12,921 nt of DNA from positions 24,113-37,033 of the forward strand of contig JBDRZD010000008.1 of the NCBI GenBank assembly GCA_039803745.1, given 5' to 3'. Numbering within the stretch: position 1 is the first letter of the stretch; each line of letters starts with the position of its first letter. The stretch is from a candidate division WOR-3 bacterium (lineage in GTDB: Bacteria; Hydrothermota; Hydrothermia; Hydrothermales; Hydrothermaceae). Shown piece by piece: positions 6,545 through 12,921 of the stretch. The notes beneath the pieces were generated by a model. The model was not told the origin of the DNA. It did no database searches and saw only the letters and a list, made by a program, of their open reading frames with translations. Made by a program: the position numbers and the translations under genes.

Positions 6545-9500
6545 TTATAAATTTTCAAGTTTAAGAGAAAATATCTTTGAAACCCCATCTTCCATTGAGA
6601 CTCCATAGAGTATATCAGCTGATTCCATTGTTCTTTTATTATGTGTTATTATAAAGAACTGTGTTTTTGAAGAAAGATTTTTTATAAACTCCACAAATTT
6701 AAGCGTATTTGCCTCATCAAGGGTAGCATCAACTTCATCTAAGATGCAAAAGGGAAGTGGATTTACAGTGTAGAGGGAAAATAATATACAAAGGGCAAGG
6801 AGGGCTCTTTCTCCTCCTGAAAGAAGTGGCAAGCTTTTAATTCTTTTACCATAAGGACTTGCCCTTATCAAAAATTCGGAATTTAAAGGATCAGAGGGAT
6901 TTTCAAGTTCTATATATATATCACCTTCTAATAAAAATTTTGCAACTTCCTTTAATTTATTCTTAAATTCATTATATAAACTCCAGAATCTTTTCTTTGC
7001 ATCCTCCTCTAAAACCCCTATTGCCTCTTCTATTTTCTTTTTTCCTTCTTTCACATCCTTTAAACTTTCTATTATTTTATCATATTCTTCCTTTTCCTTT
7101 TCATATTCTTTTTCAGCAGCAAGATTAACATCTTGAAATTCAAAGAGTCTTTTCTTAAAAACTTCTATTTCCTCTTCAACCTTTTTTATACTCCTTGAAG
7201 GAACCTTCTCTTCTATATTCTCACCAAATTCTGATAATTTTTCCCTTAATGCCTCAATTTTTACATCAATCCTGACAGTTTCCTCTTTTATAAATTCAAT
7301 TTTTTTTCTTATTTCCTCAATTTTTAATAAAATTTCCTCCTTCTTTTCCTCTAATTTATTTTTTTCTTCTAAAAGCCTTTCTTTTTCTTTTAAAATTTCA
7401 TCCTTTAATCTTAAAACCTCTTCTTCTTTTCTTATAATTTCCTCACTTTTTTGAGTAAGTATACTGATTTCTTTATCTATTCTTTTTACATTTTCTTCAA
7501 TCTCTTCAATTTCTCTATAAGTTCTTTCATAAGTTTTCATTAAATATCTAAACCTTTCCATTCTTTCATAATCTTTTTTAATTTTATCCCTTAACTTTTT
7601 CTTTTCTATAAGTTTTTTTTCTAAGTTTTTATTATTTTCTTCTAAAATGTTTAATTCTTCGTCAAGTTTTTTAAGATTTATTTCATCCCTTTCTTTTATT
7701 TTTTCAAAATTCTTTATGTTCATTTTTACTATTTCATATTCAGTTTCCTTAACCCTTAATTCCCTTTTCTTTTCAATTAAAGTTTTATCAATTTCTTCAA
7801 GAATTTTTCTTAAATTATTTTTTTCTTCATTTAAATTTTTATATTCTTCTAAAATTTTATTTAATTCTTCGTTTTCTTTAACAATTTTATCCCTGATTTC
7901 CTTTATCTCTTTTTCTCTTAAAAATTTTTCTTTTTTTATTTTTTCTACAATAAATCCATCTGTTATAATGAAATTATCCTTTGTAATATAAATTTTATCT
8001 TTATCAATAAAAGAAAAGTTTTCAAGAATTTTTTCAATGCTATCTTCATAGGAAATTTTTTTAATTTTGTAATTTAAGAATTCATCCATTTTTTCCTTTA
8101 TTAGAAAATTATCTTTCAAAATTTTATTTTCTTTAATATCTTTTATGCTTAAAACAGGGTAATAAAATATTTTTTCAAAAATAAAATTCTTTTCGTCTTC
8201 AATATTAATAAATTTGAAGAATAAATCCTTCTCTTCTACCCCCCTTTCTTTTTCAAGATATTTGAGCCTCATTTCCAGTCCCTTTAAATTTATCTTTTTT
8301 TCATCCATATTTTTTTCAACTCTTTCCAATTTTTCATTAATTTCTTTAAGTTTTTTTATGTTTCCATCATTTAAAATTTCTTTTTCTTTTATTTCTTCCA
8401 GTAATTTTTCTATTTCTTTCTTTAATATTTCTCCTTTTTCCTCTTCTTTTAAAATATTTTCATTATTTTCAAAAATTCTATTTTTTAAAACTTTTATATT
8501 TTCTTCAAAATTAATTTTTTTCACCTGAATTTCTTCTTTTTCCCTTTCAATTTTTTCTAATTCTTCTTCACTTTCTTTAAGAATTTCCCCTTTTTTCTTA
8601 AATTCTTCTTCATTAAATTGAGCTTCTTTTAAAGAAATGCTTTCTTTTTCAATCTCTTTTAGAATTTCTGATAAATTTTCTCTTCTTTTTTCAATTTCAT
8701 TTTTATTTAAAAGAAGATTATCTTTCCTTTCAAAAATTCTTACCTTTTCAACAGTTATTTCTTTTTCTCTCTTAATTAATTCTTTTTCTTTTTCCTCCAA
8801 TTCCTTAATTTTTTCATCTATTGTTGAAACTTCTTTCTTAATATCCATTAAAACTTTTTCATAATCTTTTTCTTTTTCCCTATAGATTTCCATCTCTTTC
8901 AAGAAATTTTCCCTTTCCCTTTCCCTTTTTTGGATTTCCCTTTTAAGGTAGAAATAATTTATTGAAATTTTCTCTTTTTCCAGTGCATTTATTCTCTCTT
9001 TTATATTCCAGTAATTTTTCAATCTAAAAACTTCTTTTTGCAATTCATCCAATCTTTTTTCTTTTAAATTTAATATATCTTCCAATCTCTCTATTTCCCT
9101 TTCAACTCTTAAAAGCCTTCTTTTTAATGTATCTTTCTTTTTTTCAAAAAGTTCAAGCCCTGCCATTGAATGAATGAATTCCTTTAAATATCTTGGTGCA
9201 TCCATTATAAATTTTTCAATATCTTCATTTTTCATAAGTGCATAGGAATTTCCCTGCGGGAAAATTTCATATATCTTATCATTCCATTTTAAATGGGATA
9301 TATATTCTCCATTAATGTAATTTTCTATTTTTCCGTCTCTATAAATTTTTCTTCTTATTTCAATTTCTTCCTCTTCTTTCTCCATTATTATGGCAACCTC
9401 TGCAGAAAGAAGTCTTGGAATTTTTTCATTTCCAGAAAATATCAAATCTTCCCAGGTATTTCCTCTTAAATTCTGCGGTTTTTTCTCACCGAGTGCAAAA

Positions 9501-9634
9501 AGGATTCCTTCAAATATATTTGTTTTTCCACAACCATTAGGACCAACACATGCAGTAATTTTTGGAGAGAAAACAATTTCTGTTTTATTTGGAAAAGACT
9601 TAAATCCCTTAAGTATTAATTTTTTTATTCTCAT
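6545..9634 (-). CDS. smc: Chromosome segregation protein Smc, short and divergent (1029 aa)
   Basis: GFKSF, Walker A GPNGCGKTN, R-loop LRG..EDLIF, two ~300-aa E/K coiled coils, joint VNLAA, signature LSGGE, Walker B/D-loop ILDEVDATLD, ITHNK and LYGVSM. No CxxC zinc hook, so not Rad50/SbcC. RBS-like GAGGA 6 nt upstream of the ATG. Confidence 0.92.
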   Translation of the reverse strand: MRIKKLILKGFKSFPNKTEIVFSPKITACVGPNGCGKTNIFEGILFALGEKKPQNLRGNTWEDLIFSGNEKIPRLLSAEVAIIMEKEEEEIEIRRKIYRDGKIENYINGEYISHLKWNDKIYEIFPQGNSYALMKNEDIEKFIMDAPRYLKEFIHSMAGLELFEKKKDTLKRRLLRVEREIERLEDILNLKEKRLDELQKEVFRLKNYWNIKERINALEKEKISINYFYLKREIQKRERERENFLKEMEIYREKEKDYEKVLMDIKKEVSTIDEKIKELEEKEKELIKREKEITVEKVRIFERKDNLLLNKNEIEKRRENLSEILKEIEKESISLKEAQFNEEEFKKKGEILKESEEELEKIEREKEEIQVKKINFEENIKVLKNRIFENNENILKEEEKGEILKKEIEKLLEEIKEKEILNDGNIKKLKEINEKLERVEKNMDEKKINLKGLEMRLKYLEKERGVEEKDLFFKFINIEDEKNFIFEKIFYYPVLSIKDIKENKILKDNFLIKEKMDEFLNYKIKKISYEDSIEKILENFSFIDKDKIYITKDNFIITDGFIVEKIKKEKFLREKEIKEIRDKIVKENEELNKILEEYKNLNEEKNNLRKILEEIDKTLIEKKRELRVKETEYEIVKMNIKNFEKIKERDEINLKKLDEELNILEENNKNLEKKLIEKKKLRDKIKKDYERMERFRYLMKTYERTYREIEEIEENVKRIDKEISILTQKSEEIIRKEEEVLRLKDEILKEKERLLEEKNKLEEKKEEILLKIEEIRKKIEFIKEETVRIDVKIEALREKLSEFGENIEEKVPSRSIKKVEEEIEVFKKRLFEFQDVNLAAEKEYEKEKEEYDKIIESLKDVKEGKKKIEEAIGVLEEDAKKRFWSLYNEFKNKLKEVAKFLLEGDIYIELENPSDPLNSEFLIRASPYGKRIKSLPLLSGGERALLALCILFSLYTVNPLPFCILDEVDATLDEANTLKFVEFIKNLSSKTQFFIITHNKRTMESADILYGVSMEDGVSKIFSLKLENL

Positions 9635-10190
9635 TCAAAATCCTCGCAAATTTAACAAGGTTTTTACCAATATTTTCAAGTTCTAAAATTAATTCTTTAT
9701 CCTCATTCAAAAAAAGATTTCCCTGTGCATAAGTAATTGCAAAGGGTGGAATTAAAATACCCATAAAATTTAAAGGGATGAGGATTTGAGATGCGGCATT
9801 TACTGCTCCATCCTCTTCCATTGAAATAACGCAAGAGGCAATTTTATTTTCAAGAATTTTTTCAATATTTTCAAGGGCTGTTAAAAGGTCTATAAAATTT
9901 TTCATAAGACCTGAAATACTGAACCAATAAACAGGTGTTCCAAAAACATAAGCATGAGAAGAAATTAACTCTTCGTAGACTTTTGGAAGCATTTCTTTAA
10001 AAACTTCGGGATTGCATAGTTTTTTATCCTTTGAATAGCATCCCAAACAATAAGGAATTGGATAGTCAACTAAATGGATAATATTTGTTTCAGCACCTTC
10101 TTTTCTTGCAGATTCAAGAACTGTTTGAATCATAAGATTTGTATTTCCATCCTTTCTCGGTGAGCCATTTATTCCAAGAACTTTTATCAT
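9609..10190 (-). CDS. Flavodoxin-fold iron-sulfur flavoprotein (Isf) / NAD(P)H-dependent FMN reductase family protein
   Basis: KVLGINGSPRKDGNT (FMN phosphate loop), CLGCYS.....C, GTPVYWFSISGLMKNFID. Confidence 0.88.
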   Translation of the reverse strand: MIKVLGINGSPRKDGNTNLMIQTVLESARKEGAETNIIHLVDYPIPYCLGCYSKDKKLCNPEVFKEMLPKVYEELISSHAYVFGTPVYWFSISGLMKNFIDLLTALENIEKILENKIASCVISMEEDGAVNAASQILIPLNFMGILIPPFAITYAQGNLFLNEDKELILELENIGKNLVKFARILNENKKINT

Positions 10191-11029
10191 TCTCTTTCAA
10201 CTGGATATTTCCAGTCCTTATCAAGACACATTCTTGAAATCTTTGTAATTGTTGGTGGTTTCCTTTTATGTTCACTTTTAACTATTCTTAAATAAAGGTC
10301 TAAAACTGCTTCTTCTGAAATATTTAAAAGTTCACATGTTTCTCTTACAGAAAGTTCAAGATCAACAAGTGCATAAAGGACAGAATCAATTTGCTCATAA
10401 GTATAACCTATTTCCTCCTCATCTGTTTGCCCCACCCAGAGTCCAGCAGAAGGGACTTTTTTAACAATTTCAGCATCTATTCCCATATATTCTGCAAGTT
10501 GCCATACCTGCGTTTTATATAAGTCCCCTATTGGATAAATATCTGCTCCAAGGTCTCCATATTTTGTTCCATATCCCAACAATAATTCTGTTTTATTTGA
10601 TGTTCCTATAACAATATAATTTAATGTATTTGCATATAAATAATTTATTATCATCCTTATTCTTGGTTTTGAATTGTATACAGAATATTCTTTTGCCTCT
10701 TTTTTCCCCCTTCTTAAAACCTTTGAAAAACTTTCAACAAAATCATTTATTTCAATTATTTCGTAATCAATTTTTAATTTATTAACAAGTTTTAATGCAT
10801 CCTCAATATCCTTTTCCGGTGTTATCCCCTTTTCAGGCATTATTAAGGCAATCAAATTTTTATCCAAAGCCTTTTTTGAAAGGCATAAAACAAGTGATGA
10901 ATCAACACCACCTGAGAATGCAACTATTCCACCTTTTGCATTTGCCTTTAAAACCCTTGTTTTAATAGATTCAACTATTATTTTTTCTATAATTGGGAGT
11001 TCTCTTTTTTCAAATTTAATCTCTTTCAT
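10187..11029 (-). CDS. nadE: NAD+ synthetase, synthetase subunit
   Basis: PP-loop SGGVDSS, N.KPRIRM, GTSNKTELLLGYGTKYGD, PIGDLYKTQV, PSAGLWVGQTDE and SEHKR. GGAGG RBS at 11043-11039. Confidence 0.97.
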   Translation of the reverse strand: MKEIKFEKRELPIIEKIIVESIKTRVLKANAKGGIVAFSGGVDSSLVLCLSKKALDKNLIALIMPEKGITPEKDIEDALKLVNKLKIDYEIIEINDFVESFSKVLRRGKKEAKEYSVYNSKPRIRMIINYLYANTLNYIVIGTSNKTELLLGYGTKYGDLGADIYPIGDLYKTQVWQLAEYMGIDAEIVKKVPSAGLWVGQTDEEEIGYTYEQIDSVLYALVDLELSVRETCELLNISEEAVLDLYLRIVKSEHKRKPPTITKISRMCLDKDWKYPVERE

Positions 11030-11852
11030 TTTCCATCTCCTCCAAAGCTCTTAAAAGATCCTCTATAATTTCCCTTCTTACTTCCCTTAATCTTATATCC
11101 CTTCTCCTCAATCTTTTATACTCATCAAGGTCAACATCAAAGGTTATTATCTCTTCTTCAGCAATTTTGCCCTGTGCAACAATCTCACCCCTTGCATTTA
11201 TATACATACTGAAGCCCATATAAACGATTCCATCCTGGCATCCTGCCTGATTACAGAAAATAATTGGTAAAATATTATCATACACTCTTTGCTTTAAATA
11301 ATTTATCCATATCTCATCCTTTTTCCTTTCAAAGGGTGATGCTCCTATAACAAATAGAACTTCTGCCCCCCTTAATGCCATTGCCCTTGGTGGCTCAGGA
11401 AACCATACATCCTCACATATAAGGATACCAATTTTACCAAATTTTGTTTTAAAAACAGGCATACTGTTTCCCGGTTTAAAATACCTCTTTTCATCAAAAA
11501 GTCTATAATTTACAAGTTGAACCTTTCTATAATTTCCTATTATTTCTCCATTATAAATTAAGGCAGCAGAATTATAAAAAAATCCCTTATTATCTTCCTC
11601 AACATAACCAAGAATTAAATAAAAATCCCTTACCCTTTCTTTTATTTTTTTAACCATCTCTAAATTTTCTCTCACTTTATCAAGATATATATCTCCTGAA
11701 CCATAACCAAGTGTTGCAATCTCAGGAGTAACTATAATTTCTGCCTTTTCTTTTCTTGCCTCTTCAATTCCCCTTAAGATTTTTTCACAGTTTTCATCAA
11801 TTTTCCCAAGCCTTGTTGAAAGTTGAAGAAGAGAGACCCTAACTTTCCTCAT
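11016..11852 (-). CDS. Nitrilase-superfamily (CN hydrolase) protein, probable glutaminase subunit of NAD synthetase
   Basis: Glu-Lys-Cys triad (VTPEI, YRKVQL, ICEDVW). NYRLFDEKRYF.PG matches the NY..FDE.RYF motif of NAD synthetase glutaminase domains. Overlaps nadE by 14 nt. Confidence 0.9.
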   Translation of the reverse strand: MRKVRVSLLQLSTRLGKIDENCEKILRGIEEARKEKAEIIVTPEIATLGYGSGDIYLDKVRENLEMVKKIKERVRDFYLILGYVEEDNKGFFYNSAALIYNGEIIGNYRKVQLVNYRLFDEKRYFKPGNSMPVFKTKFGKIGILICEDVWFPEPPRAMALRGAEVLFVIGASPFERKKDEIWINYLKQRVYDNILPIIFCNQAGCQDGIVYMGFSMYINARGEIVAQGKIAEEEIITFDVDLDEYKRLRRRDIRLREVRREIIEDLLRALEEMENERD

Positions 11853-12921
11853 ATTCTTTTAAAAACTCCTTAAATAAATTTAATAGAGTTTCAAGAGAAG
11901 AAATACTTACCCATTCATCTTTTGAATGAACCCCTCCTCCAACAGGATATATTATTAAAACAGGTGTATTTCTCTCTACAAAAAATCTTCCATCAGTTGC
12001 TCCATGCTCCTTTATAAAGTTTATTTTTTTATCCAAAACTTTTTCATAAACCTGAATAAATTTTTTTACATACTCATTTTCAGAAGAAGTATAAACAGGT
12101 TCTCCCTTTGAAAGAATTTTATAAGATGTATCTTTATATTTACTTAAAATTTCTTTTATTTTATTCTCAAAATAATTAAGAGAATAGGGATAAGGAAACC
12201 TTAAATCAATTTGCATAAAGGCATTATCAGGGACTTTATTGACTGCTTCTCCACCATTTATAACACCAATTGAAACTGTTGGATGCCAGTGCTCAGAGAT
12301 TTTATTTTCACTTTCTTTTATAACAAATTCTTTTATTTCTTTATATATTTCAAAAAGTTTTTCTATCGCATTCTCACCAAGCCATGGTGTTGAACCGTGA
12401 CAGGATTTTCCTTTTGCACTTATTTCAACATGTAAAACTCCTTTACTTTCTAAAACAGGATTAAAATTTAATCCACCATCAGGAATTATAACAAATTCAG
12501 GATTTAAATTTTCTTTATTTACTATATATTCAACTCCATCCTTTCCACCAATTTCTTCATCAGTTGTAAAAAGCAAGGCAAAATTACCATTTCTCTTTTC
12601 TTCTATTAAATCAAGAAAAAGTTTTATTAAAACAGCACAAGTTCCTTTCATATCCATTGCTCCTCTTGCAAAAATTCTATCTCCCTCTTCTTTTATACTC
12701 CATCCAACTTCACTATCAGGAGGAACAACATCAAGATGTCCCAAAAAAAGGATGCGGGGTTCAAGGGTATCATAAAAAGATATATAAATTGAAGGTTTTT
12801 CATTTACTTCAAATTTTTTAATATAAACCTTTTTATCTTTAAAAATATCTTCAATAAAAATAACTATTTTTTTTAATTCTAAAGTATTTGTAGAAACGCT
12901 TTTAAATTCAAGGAGTTTTAA
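11839..12921 (-). CDS. M20 family metallo-amidohydrolase/peptidase (ArgE/DapE-like), 5' end outside window
   Basis: GHLDVV, RGAMDMKG, DEEIGG, IPDGG, HGSTPWLGENAI, N.VPD, ATDGRFF and VHSKDE. The frame stays open for 59 more codons upstream of the track's TTG 12744 to the window edge (LKLLEFKSVSTN...PRILFLGHLD), so the true start is beyond 12921. Confidence 0.93.
   Translation of the reverse strand, partial: LKLLEFKSVSTNTLELKKIVIFIEDIFKDKKVYIKKFEVNEKPSIYISFYDTLEPRILFLGHLDVVPPDSEVGWSIKEEGDRIFARGAMDMKGTCAVLIKLFLDLIEEKRNGNFALLFTTDEEIGGKDGVEYIVNKENLNPEFVIIPDGGLNFNPVLESKGVLHVEISAKGKSCHGSTPWLGENAIEKLFEIYKEIKEFVIKESENKISEHWHPTVSIGVINGGEAVNKVPDNAFMQIDLRFPYPYSLNYFENKIKEILSKYKDTSYKILSKGEPVYTSSENEYVKKFIQVYEKVLDKKINFIKEHGATDGRFFVERNTPVLIIYPVGGGVHSKDEWVSISSLETLLNLFKEFLKEYEES

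Noticed and set aside
6545..9634. Wadjet/MksBEF, SbcCD/Rad50 or RecN-type defence or repair system
   Set aside because: Head motifs (GFKSF, LRG, VNLAA, LSGGE, LYGVSM) are those of canonical Smc. There is no zinc hook and no adjacent nuclease, kleisin or kite genes.
7647..9686. Plus-strand ORFs 7647-7991, 8214-8528, 8637-8864 and 9390-9686 (F/S/L/I-rich)
   Set aside because: Antisense shadows of the E/K-rich smc codons (GAA/AAA reverse to TTC/TTT). No motifs or RBS.
11016..11043. Programmed frameshift fusing glutaminase and NadE
   Set aside because: It would need a +1 shift with no recognisable slippery site or stimulator, and nadE has its own GGAGG RBS and ATG.
1..12921. tRNA, rRNA, riboswitch, CRISPR array or IS element
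   Set aside because: No intergenic space, no GC-rich structured segment, no spaced direct repeats, and no transposase or integrase motifs seen.

Overview
An AT-rich (GC clearly under about one third by eye), extremely compact bacterial chromosomal segment with 16 protein-coding genes, two of them cut by the window edges. Only about 65 of 12,921 nt are intergenic. On the + strand the end of the spc ribosomal operon (rplO-secY-adk-map-infA) runs directly into a site-2 protease, endonuclease III and an unusual ArsC/LMW-phosphatase-Nudix fusion, where rpmJ and the alpha operon usually follow. A 60-bp divergent promoter region with leaderless-type architecture separates a CopD/HemJ-like membrane protein (-) from a split-barrel flavin/heme-binding protein coupled to bacterioferritin (+). 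On the - strand one overlapping run encodes an M20 metallo-amidohydrolase, a split two-subunit glutamine-dependent NAD synthetase (glutaminase + NadE), an iron-sulfur flavoprotein-like protein and a short Smc. That Smc has a shrunken, glycine-poor hinge and Asn at the Q-loop position. I found no RNA genes, CRISPR arrays, mobile elements or convincing intrinsic terminators. Composition (E/K/I-rich proteins, purine-loaded coding strands, Zn-LID Adk) suggests a thermophile, which is inference only. The best candidates for undescribed biology are the single-Cys phosphatase-Nudix fusion coupled to nth, the mini-hinge Smc, and the Bfd-less bacterioferritin module.
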